Of a stretch of 64,000 bases of DNA, positions 12,639 to 22,352 are shown in pieces. The translations under genes and the position numbers were made by a program. Origin of the DNA: Thermodesulfobacteriota bacterium (GTDB lineage: Bacteria > Desulfobacterota_D > UBA1144 > Nemesobacterales > Nemesobacteraceae); contig OZ241855.1 in the NCBI GenBank assembly GCA_965202785.1, forward strand, positions 1,408,001 through 1,472,000, given 5' to 3'. The notes beneath the pieces are model-generated. The model did not search any database, had not been told where the DNA came from, and saw only the letters and a list, made by a program, of their open reading frames with translations. The first letter of the stretch is position 1; every line of letters starts with the position of its first letter.

Positions 12639-13012
12639 TGGTAAAAAAGAAAAGCAGAAACCTGGCGCGTAAAAGAAGACATCTTGCTGTGAGGAAGAAG
12701 ATAAGCGGCACTGCGGAGATTCCCAGGGTTTCCGTTTTCCGTTCAGCAAGGCATATATACGCCCAGCTGATAGATGATACTGCAGAAGTCACCCTTCTTC
12801 AGGCCTCAACGATGTTTTCTGAGACGAAGAAGAGATTGTCTGCTGAGAGCATGAAGAAAACTGAGGTTGCCAAAGAGGTTGGAAAGCATCTCGGAGAAAT
12901 GGCTGTTCAGAAAGGTATAACCAAGGTGCGTTTCGACAGAGGGGGTTATGCCTACCATGGAAGGATAAAGTCGCTTGCCGACGGGATCCGCGAGGCGGGA
13001 GTGGAGTTTTAG
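12638..13012 (+). CDS. rplR: 50S ribosomal protein L18
   Basis: VFRSARHIYAQLIDD, FDRGGYAYHGR. Confidence 0.99.
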   Translation: MVKKKSRNLARKRRHLAVRKKISGTAEIPRVSVFRSARHIYAQLIDDTAEVTLLQASTMFSETKKRLSAESMKKTEVAKEVGKHLGEMAVQKGITKVRFDRGGYAYHGRIKSLADGIREAGVEF

Positions 13013-13038
13013 GAGAAAAATTAAAGGAGGCTTTGGTT

Positions 13039-13569
13039 TTGGCAGAGGAGAAAATAAATCCGGCGGAACTTGAGTTACAAGAAAAAGTGGTTCACATAAG
13101 GAGGGTCGCTAAGGTGACCAAGGGTGGGAAAAGGTTCCATTTCACCGTTCTTGCCGTGGTCGGAAACTCCGACGGAATTGTGGGGGCCGGACTGGGAAAA
13201 TCGAATGAGGTTCCTGATGCCGTAAGAAAGGCGGTTGAAAAAGCAAAGAAAACTCTAATAAGAGTGCCACGCAACGGCGCCACCATACCGCACGGAGTTC
13301 ACACGGAATATGTGTCAAGCAAGGTTATGCTCCTGCCTGCTGCCCCGGGTACGGGCGTTATAGCGGGTGGTGCGGTGCGCGCGGTGGTTGAACTTGCCGG
13401 CATACACGATGTTCTCTCCAAAGTTGTCGGATCAAGGAACCCGCTTAATGTTGTTATGGCGGTTATACAGGGGCTCTCGGAACTGCAGGTCCCCGAAGAA
13501 ATCGCGAAGACGAGGAACAAGGAGATAAAGGACCTCGATCTTCCTAATTACTATGGTGCGGTGCAGTAG
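13039..13569 (+). CDS. rpsE: 30S ribosomal protein S5
   Basis: RVAKVTKGGKRF, PGTGVIAGG; TTG at 13039 lies 8 nt after AAGGAGG. Confidence 0.98.
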   Translation: MAEEKINPAELELQEKVVHIRRVAKVTKGGKRFHFTVLAVVGNSDGIVGAGLGKSNEVPDAVRKAVEKAKKTLIRVPRNGATIPHGVHTEYVSSKVMLLPAAPGTGVIAGGAVRAVVELAGIHDVLSKVVGSRNPLNVVMAVIQGLSELQVPEEIAKTRNKEIKDLDLPNYYGAVQ

Positions 13570-13601
13570 GACGTGCGCTTAACAGTGGAGTGTAAAAGGA
13601 A

Positions 13602-14033
13602 ATGTTAAACGAACTTTCACCGGTTAAGGGATCTAAAACAAAAAGAAAAAGGGTAGGAAGAGGTGCGGGTTCCCAAGGGAAAACCAGCGGAAGAGGGCAC
13701 AAGGGCCAGGGCTCCCGTTCGGGGAAAGGGGTATCCAGATGGTTTGAAGGTGGTCAAACTCCACTGAAAATGAGAAGCCCGAAAAGGGGCTTTACAAACA
13801 TATTCAAAAAGCAGTACGACATAGTTAACTTGAAGGATCTTGAGCGTTTTGCGGATGCGGATTCGGTTACGATCCAGACGCTTGCCGAGGCGGGGATAGT
13901 AAGCGGCAAAAAACCCGTAAAACTCTTGGCTGCCGGCGAGATTGCTTCGGCGCTTTCCATAACGGTTAACGCCTGCAGTGAGGCGGCTGCGCGAAAGATA
14001 AACGACGCGGGAGGAAAAGTGGAGATAGTATGA
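13602..14033 (+). CDS. rplO: 50S ribosomal protein L15
   Basis: RVGRG..GKTSGRGHKGQ, FEGGQTPL. Confidence 0.99.
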   Translation: MLNELSPVKGSKTKRKRVGRGAGSQGKTSGRGHKGQGSRSGKGVSRWFEGGQTPLKMRSPKRGFTNIFKKQYDIVNLKDLERFADADSVTIQTLAEAGIVSGKKPVKLLAAGEIASALSITVNACSEAAARKINDAGGKVEIV

Positions 14034-15358
14034 GCAGTAATGTCGCGTCACTTCCCAGGATTCCGGAGCTTAACAGGAAGCTTCTTTTTACAGCCGCAAT
14101 GCTCATTGTTTACAGGGCAGGGGTTTTCGTCCCGATTCCGGGGATCGATCCGGACCAGATTGCCAAGATGTTCGAGCAGACCCGCGGCACGATATTCGAC
14201 ATACTTAACATGTTCTCCGGGGGAGCGCTTGAGCAGGCGTCGATTTTTGCCCTAGGGGTTATGCCCTACATTACTGCCTCAATCATCATGTCGCTTCTGG
14301 TAAAGGCATTTCCTTCACTTGAAGCAATGCAGAAAGAAGGCGAGGCCGGAAAGAGAAGAATAAATCAGTACACAAGGTACGGCACCGTTCTTATATGTCT
14401 CGTTCAGGGTTTTATGCTTGCGGTCACCCTTGAGCGCGGCGGAGTAGGAGCGGCCACTGTCGGAAGTGCCGTTACAGACCCCGGTCTGATGTTCAAGATT
14501 ACGGCAGTTCTCACACTCACCGCAGGCGGACTTTTTGTTATGTGGCTTGGAGAGCAGATAACAGAGAACGGAATCGGAAACGGGGTATCTCTCCTTATCG
14601 CCGCATCGATAATCGCCAGTATTCCCGGGGCGTTCTGGAACCTCTCAAGGCTCGTCGGCACGGGCGAGATTACCGTTTTGGGGGTTTTGCTTATTTTTAT
14701 TTTCCTAGGGTTTCTTATGGGCCTTATAGTTTACTTTGAGCGTTCCTACCGAAAAATACCGGTTCAGTACCCCAGAAGGGTCGTGGGGAGGAAGGTAATG
14801 GGAGGGCAGAGTTCCCATCTGCCTCTTAAAACCAATCCTTCAGGGGTCATTCCTCCGATCTTCGCTTCTTCGCTCCTTATTTTCCCCGCTACGATTGTTA
14901 CGTTTGCCGATTTTCCGGCTCTTCGCACATTCTCTGACCTTGTGTTTCAAAACGTGTTCGTATACAACCTGATCTTTGCCGTACTCATAATATTCTTCGC
15001 CTTCTTCTATACTTCAATAATATACGACCCGGACGATCTCTCGGATAACCTGAGGAAAAACGGCGGAAACATACCGGGAATAAGGCCGGGTAGAAAGACA
15101 TCGGAATACATAGGCAATGTGCTTGGAAAAATTACTTTTATAGGGGCTATATACGTGGCGGCGGTCTGCGTGTTGCCAGCTTTTCTTGAGAGAGAACCTT
15201 TTAATCTGCCGTTTTACTTCGGAGGCGTGTCACTTCTTATAGTAATAGGAGTAACGCTTGATTTCATGCAGCAGATCGAATCTTTTCTGATAACTCACAG
15301 TTATGAAGGGTTTATGAAGAAGAGGGGAATGAAAGAACCGCAGAGATACAGATTCTGA
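14030..15358 (+). CDS. secY: Preprotein translocase subunit SecY
   Basis: SIFALGVMPYITASII, WLGEQITENGIGNGVSL, IPGIRPG, GGVSLLIVIGV. Confidence 0.99.
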   Translation: MSSNVASLPRIPELNRKLLFTAAMLIVYRAGVFVPIPGIDPDQIAKMFEQTRGTIFDILNMFSGGALEQASIFALGVMPYITASIIMSLLVKAFPSLEAMQKEGEAGKRRINQYTRYGTVLICLVQGFMLAVTLERGGVGAATVGSAVTDPGLMFKITAVLTLTAGGLFVMWLGEQITENGIGNGVSLLIAASIIASIPGAFWNLSRLVGTGEITVLGVLLIFIFLGFLMGLIVYFERSYRKIPVQYPRRVVGRKVMGGQSSHLPLKTNPSGVIPPIFASSLLIFPATIVTFADFPALRTFSDLVFQNVFVYNLIFAVLIIFFAFFYTSIIYDPDDLSDNLRKNGGNIPGIRPGRKTSEYIGNVLGKITFIGAIYVAAVCVLPAFLEREPFNLPFYFGGVSLLIVIGVTLDFMQQIESFLITHSYEGFMKKRGMKEPQRYRF

Positions 15359-15383
15359 CGCAAGGGAGAACGCCAAAAGGGTT

Positions 15384-15950
15384 ATGAGATTGATACTGTT
15401 TGGACCGCCTGGTGCCGGAAAGGGGACGCAGGCTGATTTCATAAGGGAGAAATACGAGGTTGAGCATATATCGACTGGGGATGTGCTGCGTGAAGCCATG
15501 AAAAATGAGACTGAGGTCGGGCTTTACGCTAAATCGTTTATGGACAAGGGAGAGCTCGTACCTGATGAAGTCGTGACGGAAATAATAAGACAGAAAATTT
15601 CTGGGATTGGCGAGGGAGGCTTTATGCTTGACGGTTTTCCTAGAACTCTGGAGCAGGCAAGATCTCTTAACGGCATTCTCGCTGATGCTGGAATCGGTAT
15701 TGACGCAGTTATTTTTCTCGAGGTTCCCGACGAGGAGGTTGTGCAGCGAATAACCAAACGCCAAGAAATAGAAGGCAGGCGGGACGACACGGAGAGTGTG
15801 ATAAGGAACAGGCTTAGAGTTTACAAGGATCAGACGTCTCCTCTTAAGGATTTTTACGAAAAGACGGGTGTTCTGCGCGCAGTTGAAGGAGTAGGACAGG
15901 TATCGGATATCGCTGAGAGAATAGACGGTGTGCTGAAACGGTTGCAGTAA
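15384..15950 (+). CDS. adk: Adenylate kinase (short-LID type)
   Basis: GPPGAGKGT, HISTGD, LDGFPR. Confidence 0.98.
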   Translation: MRLILFGPPGAGKGTQADFIREKYEVEHISTGDVLREAMKNETEVGLYAKSFMDKGELVPDEVVTEIIRQKISGIGEGGFMLDGFPRTLEQARSLNGILADAGIGIDAVIFLEVPDEEVVQRITKRQEIEGRRDDTESVIRNRLRVYKDQTSPLKDFYEKTGVLRAVEGVGQVSDIAERIDGVLKRLQ

Positions 15951-16714
15951 TGATTCGCTTGAAGAACAGAGAAGAACTCAAACGCATGAGGGCTGCCGGC
16001 AAGGTGGTTTCCGAAGTGCTTATGAGGCTTGAGGAAGAGGCAAAGGAAGGAGTGACCACCTGGGAGCTTAACGAGATTGCGGAAAGAATATGCGCAACGG
16101 GAGGCTTTAAGCCTGCTTTTAAGGGTTACGCAAATTATCCAGCGTCGGTGTGCTTTGCCCTTAACGAAGAGATAGTCCACGGTATTCCCTCGAAGAAAAA
16201 GGTGCTTAAGGACGGGGACATAGTAGGAATAGATTTCGGAGTACTGCTAGACGGTTATTACGCCGACTCGGCAATAACGGTTGCGGTCGGTAAAATCCGG
16301 CCTGTTGCCGAGAGACTGCTCCGGGTTACCAGGGATTCCCTCTATAGGGGCATAGACATGGTGAAAAGTTCAAACAGAGTTCTGGATATATCAAAAGAGA
16401 TACAGACCTATGTTGAAAATGAGGGTTTTTCTATAGTAAGAGATTTTGTCGGTCACGGAATAGGCAGGGAACTTCATGAGGAACCGCAAGTGCCGAATTT
16501 TATTCCTCCGAATGGTAAGGGAGGAGGAATAAGGCTTCGTTCTGGAATGGTTATGGCCATAGAACCCATGGTGAACGAGGGGTCAGAGAAAACGAAGATA
16601 CTCGAAGACGGGTGGACGGCGGTTACTTATGATGGTAAACTTTCCGCTCATTTTGAGCATACTGTGGCTCTTACGGATAATGGTCCTGAAATTCTTACCG
16701 AAAGAATTCACTAG
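15950..16714 (+). CDS. map: Methionine aminopeptidase type I
   Basis: NEEIVHGIP, GHGIG..HEEP, AIEPM, SAHFEHT. Confidence 0.99.
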   Translation: MIRLKNREELKRMRAAGKVVSEVLMRLEEEAKEGVTTWELNEIAERICATGGFKPAFKGYANYPASVCFALNEEIVHGIPSKKKVLKDGDIVGIDFGVLLDGYYADSAITVAVGKIRPVAERLLRVTRDSLYRGIDMVKSSNRVLDISKEIQTYVENEGFSIVRDFVGHGIGRELHEEPQVPNFIPPNGKGGGIRLRSGMVMAIEPMVNEGSEKTKILEDGWTAVTYDGKLSAHFEHTVALTDNGPEILTERIH

Positions 16715-16723
16715 GAACGGGTG

Positions 16724-16945
16724 ATGGAGAAGGAAGAAAAAATAGAGTTTGAAGGAACTATAACGAAAGCTCTGCCCAATGCGATGTTCATGGTCGAGAT
16801 AGAGAACAATCACGAGGTGCTGGCTTATGTGTCCGGCAAGATGAGAACAAGGTTTATAAGGATACTTCCCGGAGACAGGGTAAAGCTTGAGATATCTCCC
16901 TACGATCTTACAAAGGGAAGAATCACCTACAGACTCAAGAAGTGA
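16724..16945 (+). CDS. infA: Translation initiation factor IF-1
   Basis: [28 protein letters not shown]. Confidence 0.99.
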   Translation: MEKEEKIEFEGTITKALPNAMFMVEIENNHEVLAYVSGKMRTRFIRILPGDRVKLEISPYDLTKGRITYRLKK

Positions 16946-16964
16946 AGACAGGGGCGAAAGCGAA

Positions 16965-17078
16965 GTGAAAACGAGGGCATCGGTAAAAAAAATATGCGAC
17001 AAGTGCAAGATCATCAGGCGCAAGGGAGTCGTGCGGGTGATCTGTGTTAACAAAAGGCACAAGCAGAGACAAGGATAG
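16965..17078 (+). CDS. rpmJ: 50S ribosomal protein L36 (Zn-binding)
   Basis: GTG start; [36 protein letters not shown]. Confidence 0.98.
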   Translation: MKTRASVKKICDKCKIIRRKGVVRVICVNKRHKQRQG

Positions 17079-17099
17079 CGCTCAGGAGGATATGCCTTA

Positions 17100-17480
17100 A
17101 TGCCTAGAATAGCAGGTGTTGATATACCGCTTAATAAAAGAGTAGAGGTAGGTCTTACGTATATCTACGGTATAGGTAGGGCGACTTCAAACGTTATACT
17201 CGATAAGGCCGGTATAGATGTAAACAAAAAGTCAGGGGATCTTGACGATCAGGAAGTAACAAAACTGCGGACGATAATTGAAGGCGAGTACACCGTTGAG
17301 GGAGATCTGAGAAAGGAGGTTCAACTCAACATAAAGCGCCTAGTAGAGATAGGTTGCTACAGGGGTATTAGGCACAGGACGGGACTTCCGGTAAGGGGAC
17401 AGAAAACCAAGTCGAACGCAAGAACGAGAAAGGGTCGCAGGGGTACAGCGATAGCGAAGAAGAAAAAAGCTGGCAAATAA
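17100..17480 (+). CDS. rpsM: 30S ribosomal protein S13
   Basis: [21 protein letters not shown]. Confidence 0.99.
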   Translation: MPRIAGVDIPLNKRVEVGLTYIYGIGRATSNVILDKAGIDVNKKSGDLDDQEVTKLRTIIEGEYTVEGDLRKEVQLNIKRLVEIGCYRGIRHRTGLPVRGQKTKSNARTRKGRRGTAIAKKKKAGK

Positions 17481-17492
17481 GGGTTTTTCCAA

Positions 17493-17876
17493 ATGAGCAG
17501 AAAATTCACAAAGAAGAAAACAAAGAAATTCGTCGAACATGGAGTGGTCAACATACAGGCTACTTTTAACAACACTATAGTCACGATCAGCGATATGAAT
17601 GGAAACGTCATAGCTTGGTCAAGCGGCGGCAACAGGGGGTTTAAGGGCACTAGGAAGGGGACGCCGTTTGCGGCCCAAGTGGCGGCGGATGACGCATCGA
17701 AAAAGGCAAAGACCTTCGGGCTGAAGTCAGCTAATGTTTACGTGAGCGGTCCCGGTCCCGGAAGGGAGCCTGCCATAAGAGCCGTTCAGGCTGCCGGGGT
17801 GAAAGTGCTGATGATAAAGGATGTCACCCCGATTCCCCATAATGGTTGCAGACCACCTGGAAGAAGAAGGGTGTAG
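17493..17876 (+). CDS. rpsK: 30S ribosomal protein S11
   Basis: [27 protein letters not shown]. Confidence 0.99.
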   Translation: MSRKFTKKKTKKFVEHGVVNIQATFNNTIVTISDMNGNVIAWSSGGNRGFKGTRKGTPFAAQVAADDASKKAKTFGLKSANVYVSGPGPGREPAIRAVQAAGVKVLMIKDVTPIPHNGCRPPGRRRV

Positions 17877-17927
17877 GCATTGTGGGAGAGATTATGTTCA
17901 CGTTGTTTTCAAGGAGGAAGAAGGTAA

Positions 17928-18566
17928 TTGGCTAGATATAGAGGACCATCTTGTAAGCTTTGCAGGAGAGAGGGCGAACAGCTTTTTCTTAAGGGCGCTA
18001 GGTGTTATACGTCAAAATGTGCCATACAGAAAAGGCCTAATCGCGGACCTGGAGTTCACGGGGCCTCGATTGGCCGTTCCAAGTTCTCCGACTACGGAAT
18101 AAGGTTGAGGGAAAAACAAAAGGTTAAGCGTATTTACGGGTTGACCGAAAAGCAGTTCAGCCGTTATTTTGCCGAGGCCGCGAGGAGAAGCGGAGTGACT
18201 GGCGCAATGCTCATACTGCTTCTTGAGAGAAGGCTTGACAATGTGGTCTACCGGCTCGGGTTTGCCAGTTCTCGCAACGAAGCCAGACACTTAGTCTGGC
18301 TTGGACATGTTCTCGTGGACGGCAGGAGAGTCAATATTCCTTCTTTCAGCGTTGAGCAGGGAAACAAAATAGAAATCAAGACAAAAACCAGAAGTAACCC
18401 GCACGTTAACCAGTCTCTTGAAGGTCTTGAGAGAAGGGGTTTTCCCCAGTGGCTTGAGCTTGACAGGGACAATTACAGCGGAATTGTAACCAAGCTTCCC
18501 GAGAGAGAGGACGTCACGGTTCCTATAGATGAACAGTTGATCGTTGAGTTTTACTCAAGGGTCTAG
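17928..18566 (+). CDS. rpsD: 30S ribosomal protein S4
   Basis: MARYRGPSCKLCRREG, LREKQK, LERRLDNVVYR, LIVEFYSR; TTG start. Confidence 0.99.
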   Translation: MARYRGPSCKLCRREGEQLFLKGARCYTSKCAIQKRPNRGPGVHGASIGRSKFSDYGIRLREKQKVKRIYGLTEKQFSRYFAEAARRSGVTGAMLILLLERRLDNVVYRLGFASSRNEARHLVWLGHVLVDGRRVNIPSFSVEQGNKIEIKTKTRSNPHVNQSLEGLERRGFPQWLELDRDNYSGIVTKLPEREDVTVPIDEQLIVEFYSRV

Positions 18567-18596
18567 AAAAGCCTGGCACACACGGAGGTGCGAAAC

Positions 18597-19622
18597 TTGG
18601 AGAATTTTCAGAAAAACTGGAGAGATTTGCAATATCCCAAAGCGCTTGAAAAAGACGAGCAGGTATCAACTCCTTTCTACGGCAAATTTATCTGCGAACC
18701 TCTCGAACCGGGTTACGGTATTACTCTTGGTAACGCGCTTAGAAGGGTTCTTCTGTCCTCGATACAAGGTCCTGCTATTACCGCTGTCAAGATAGACAAG
18801 GTACGGCACGAATTTTCTACCATACCGGGAGTTATGGAAGATGTTACAGAGATCATACTGAACCTTAAAAACGTGGATCTCAAAATGCATACTTACGACC
18901 CCCAGGCAGTAGTTCTGAAAGCGGATGGCCCGGCAGAAGTCAAGGCGTCCGACATAGAAACGACTCACATGGTGGAAGTGGTTAACGGCGAACAGCATAT
19001 AGCGACCTTGGGAGATGACGCGAAGCTTGAAATGGAACTAACAGTGAAGATGGGGAGTGGTTACGAGCCGGTATCGAGAAGAGAGACTGAGAAGTCGATA
19101 GGCCTGATACATGTTGACGCGTTTTTCTCTCCCGTCAAAAAAGTTAATTACGCGGTTACCAACGCCAGAGTAGGGCAGAGAACCGATTATCAGAAACTGA
19201 CCGTTGAAATATGGACAAACGGTACGATTCTTCCCGAAGAAGCGCTTGCTTACAGTGCAAAAATTATTAAGCAGCAGCTAAATGTCTTCATCGATTTTGA
19301 TGAGGAACTCGCGGACAAGGTGGAAGAGGAAGAGTCCATGGGTATAAGTGGGACCGACGACAAGCTTTTTATTCCTATAGAGGATGTGGAACTTTCGGTG
19401 AGATCTATAAACTGTCTTAAAAAGGCGGAAATAAAATACATCGGAGAAGTGGTCCAGAAGACGGAACAACAGCTTCTTGATCTTGAGAATTTCGGAAAAA
19501 CTTCCCTTGAAGAGGTAACAGCCAGACTTAACGAAATGGGTCTGAGTCTTGGGATGACTATAGATACCGAGGTCTTTGAAGACGAAAAGGAGAGGCGGGA
19601 TTCTGAGATTTCCGGAGAGTGA
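18597..19622 (+). CDS. rpoA: RNA polymerase alpha subunit
   Basis: EPLEPGYGITLGNALRRVLLSS, HEFSTIPGV, LSVRSINCL; TTG at 18597 after GGAGG. Confidence 0.99.
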   Translation: MENFQKNWRDLQYPKALEKDEQVSTPFYGKFICEPLEPGYGITLGNALRRVLLSSIQGPAITAVKIDKVRHEFSTIPGVMEDVTEIILNLKNVDLKMHTYDPQAVVLKADGPAEVKASDIETTHMVEVVNGEQHIATLGDDAKLEMELTVKMGSGYEPVSRRETEKSIGLIHVDAFFSPVKKVNYAVTNARVGQRTDYQKLTVEIWTNGTILPEEALAYSAKIIKQQLNVFIDFDEELADKVEEEESMGISGTDDKLFIPIEDVELSVRSINCLKKAEIKYIGEVVQKTEQQLLDLENFGKTSLEEVTARLNEMGLSLGMTIDTEVFEDEKERRDSEISGE

Positions 19623-19652
19623 TCGGGGTTCGGGTCCGTATACGGTGGAAAG

Positions 19653-20348
19653 ATGAGACACAGAAAATCGGGAAGAAAGCTCGGGGTTACTACAAAACAC
19701 AGAAAAGCCATGTTTCGCAACATGGCTACAGACCTTTTGCGTAACGGCAAGATAAATACAACGGACACGAAGGCCAAAGAGATAAGAAGGGTTGTAGAGA
19801 AGCTCGTAACATTAGGCAAAAACGGAAGTCTTCACGCGAGAAGAAAGGCTCTGGGATATATAAGGGATCGTGCAGTTGTGGAAAAACTTTTCTCCGAACT
19901 TGCCCAGAGGTATATGGAGCGCCCCGGTGGCTATACGAGGATTGTGAAGCTTGGTTACAGAAGAGGGGATAATGCCCCCATTTCCCTTATTGAGCTTGTA
20001 ACCGAAGAGTACAAGGCCAAAAGAAAAAGGCGGAAGGCAAAACCCAAGACTGAAACCAAGAGTACGCCGAAGAAAAGTTCGAAGAAGAAATCCGCAGAAG
20101 AACTTGGTCTGGTCGAGCAAGAGGAGACTGCCGAGGGCCGGGTGGACGAACAGGGCGAGGCCGAGGTGACCGAGGTCAAGTCTACGAAGAAAAGTTCGAA
20201 GAAGAAATCTGCGAAAAAGGCTGATCCGGTTGAGCTGGAGGAAAACGCCGAAAGCCGGGTGGACGAACAGGGTGAACCCGAAAAGACAGAAGCGGACTCC
20301 CAGGAACCCAAAGAGCAGGGCAGCTCTGACGAAAAGACTAAGGATTAA
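19653..20348 (+). CDS. rplQ: 50S ribosomal protein L17 with a long charged C-terminal tail
   Basis: [25 protein letters not shown]; about 110-aa Lys/Glu-rich extension. Confidence 0.98.
   Translation: MRHRKSGRKLGVTTKHRKAMFRNMATDLLRNGKINTTDTKAKEIRRVVEKLVTLGKNGSLHARRKALGYIRDRAVVEKLFSELAQRYMERPGGYTRIVKLGYRRGDNAPISLIELVTEEYKAKRKRRKAKPKTETKSTPKKSSKKKSAEELGLVEQEETAEGRVDEQGEAEVTEVKSTKKSSKKKSAKKADPVELEENAESRVDEQGEPEKTEADSQEPKEQGSSDEKTKD
20069..20302 (+). repeat. Two degenerate in-frame tandem copies of a 117-bp (39-aa) unit within rplQ
   Basis: GAAGAAAAGTTCGAAGAAGAAATC at 20069 and 20186; GCCGGGTGGACGAACAGGG in both copies. Confidence 0.9.
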
Positions 20349-20417
20349 GTCCTTCTTTTTTCCCCACGCATACCTAGCGGGTTTTTTCCCTCTTCCCTAT
20401 TATTTATAATAGACCTG

Positions 20418-21431
20418 ATGAAAAGAGTCGGGTTTATACTTGATGCGAGATCAATTGAAGAACTCAAGGACCTCGCTGTTGCTGCTGAGAAAGCGAATTT
20501 TCACTCCGTCTGGGCCACAGAACTTTACAGGACCCCTTTTCAGCAGCTCTCTGCAATTGCTCCAGTCACCTCTGAAATAAAACTCGGCACCGCAGTTGCT
20601 CTTGCCTTTGTAAGAAGCCCGCTGGTTACTTCCATTACTTCTCTTGATCTTGACGAAATAAGTTCAGGAAGGTTGATATTGGGTCTTGGTACCGGAGCAA
20701 AGAGAACAAACGAGGATTTCCACGGTATTCTCTATGGAGACAGGCCGGTTACGAGGATAAGGGAATGCGTTGGGCTAATAAGGGAGATTCTGTCCGGGGC
20801 TCATACAGGCAATGATATTGTTTTCGAAGGGCAGTTTTACCGCGTAAACACAAGGGGTTACAAAAGGGCTTTTGAACCTGTCAGACAAAATATACCTATA
20901 TTCGTGGCTGGTATAGGAAGCAACATGGTTGGTGCTGCTGCCGAGATCGCGGACGGTTACATAGGACATGTAGTCTGTTCGCTTGAATATATAAAAAAAG
21001 TAGTTTCACCTTCACTTGAAGAAAGACTTGAGAAACGTAGAAAAAACGGAGATTTCACGAAATGCTCAATTATTACCTGTGCCGTTTCGCATGACTGGGA
21101 AAGGGCGAGAGAAGCCGCTCGGGCGACCATAGCCTTTTACGCTACGGTAAAAGCCTATGATCCTCCTTTCAGGCTTCACGGCTTTGTGGATGAGGTAAAA
21201 GGGATAAGGGATGCTTTTCGTAGAAAAGATATCCGTGCGATGATAAAAAGTGTCAGTGATGAAATGGTTGATGCGTTTGCCGTTGTGGGGGATGAGGAAC
21301 ATTGCAGGGAGAGAGTGGAGGAGTACAGGAAATATATAGACCTTCCTGTGCTCAGCGCCCCTCATTATTTTCTTGATTTCAGGGAGGTAAGGGAGTACCA
21401 AGAGCGACTGATCGAAGCCTTTGCCTCGTGA
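20418..21431 (+). CDS. LLM-class (luciferase-like) flavin/F420-dependent oxidoreductase
   Basis: AEKANFHSVWATE, IKLGTAV..RSP, LDEISSGRLILGLGTG, AAEIADG. Confidence 0.85.
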   Translation: MKRVGFILDARSIEELKDLAVAAEKANFHSVWATELYRTPFQQLSAIAPVTSEIKLGTAVALAFVRSPLVTSITSLDLDEISSGRLILGLGTGAKRTNEDFHGILYGDRPVTRIRECVGLIREILSGAHTGNDIVFEGQFYRVNTRGYKRAFEPVRQNIPIFVAGIGSNMVGAAAEIADGYIGHVVCSLEYIKKVVSPSLEERLEKRRKNGDFTKCSIITCAVSHDWERAREAARATIAFYATVKAYDPPFRLHGFVDEVKGIRDAFRRKDIRAMIKSVSDEMVDAFAVVGDEEHCRERVEEYRKYIDLPVLSAPHYFLDFREVREYQERLIEAFAS

Positions 21432-21454
21432 GTTCAGGTTTCTCAGCTAGAAAA

Positions 21455-22351
21455 ATGAAAATACTTGTTTCAGGATCGACCGGAACCTTGGGAACCCATC
21501 TTCTTAATTCCATTCCCTCGGATTCCTATGAGATATGGCGTCTTGTAAGATCGCAGATCGAAGGAGAGAATCTGATTTTCTGGGACCCGGAGGGGGGCCA
21601 TGTCGACGATCCATCTTTACTTGAAGGCTTTGACGCCGCTATTCATCTCTCAGGGGAGAATATAGTCTGCAGATGGACTGAAAACAAAAAGAATTCGATA
21701 CGGCGGAGCAGGGTGCACAGTACCCGCTACCTGGTGAATCTTTTCTCTGGACTTCAACATCCTCCCAAAACCTTTATCTGTGCTTCGGCAATCGGTTACT
21801 ATGGGGACAGGGAGGAAGAAAGACTTACTGAGCGCTCCGTGGCTGGCTCTGGGTTTCTTCCCGATGTTTGCTGCGAGTGGGAGAATGAGGCCAACAGGGC
21901 CTCGGACCTTGGCGTAAGGGTCATAAACCTGCGCACAGGAGTTGTACTGAGCCCCGAAGGAGGCATACTGAATTCTTTGCTGCCTCTTTTTAAAATGGGT
22001 CTTGGGGGAGTTATTGGAAGTGGTGGTCAGTACCTAAGCTGGATATCGATAGAAGACCTTTCGCGGATAATTATTTATCTGCTGAAGCATGGAGAAATAA
22101 ACGGGCCCGTTAACGCGGTATCCCCAAATCCGGTGACTAACAGGCAGTTTACCGCCACGCTTGCGTCAGTTCTACAAAGACCTGCATGGTTTTCAATCCC
22201 CGCATTTGCCGTAAGGCTTTTCTTTGGAGAGATGGGTCGCTCCACGATGCTTGCCGGCAGCATGGTTTTCCCTGAGAAGCTCCTTTCCTCAGGTTACGAA
22301 TTCTTGCACGAAGACCTGGGTTGCGCACTTGAGAATGTTATTCTGAGATAA
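21455..22351 (+). CDS. TIGR01777/YfcH-family NAD-dependent epimerase
   Basis: MKILVSGSTGTLG, ASAIGYYG, WISIED, GPVNAVSPNPVTN. Confidence 0.9.
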   Translation: MKILVSGSTGTLGTHLLNSIPSDSYEIWRLVRSQIEGENLIFWDPEGGHVDDPSLLEGFDAAIHLSGENIVCRWTENKKNSIRRSRVHSTRYLVNLFSGLQHPPKTFICASAIGYYGDREEERLTERSVAGSGFLPDVCCEWENEANRASDLGVRVINLRTGVVLSPEGGILNSLLPLFKMGLGGVIGSGGQYLSWISIEDLSRIIIYLLKHGEINGPVNAVSPNPVTNRQFTATLASVLQRPAWFSIPAFAVRLFFGEMGRSTMLAGSMVFPEKLLSSGYEFLHEDLGCALENVILR

Positions 22352-22352
22352 A

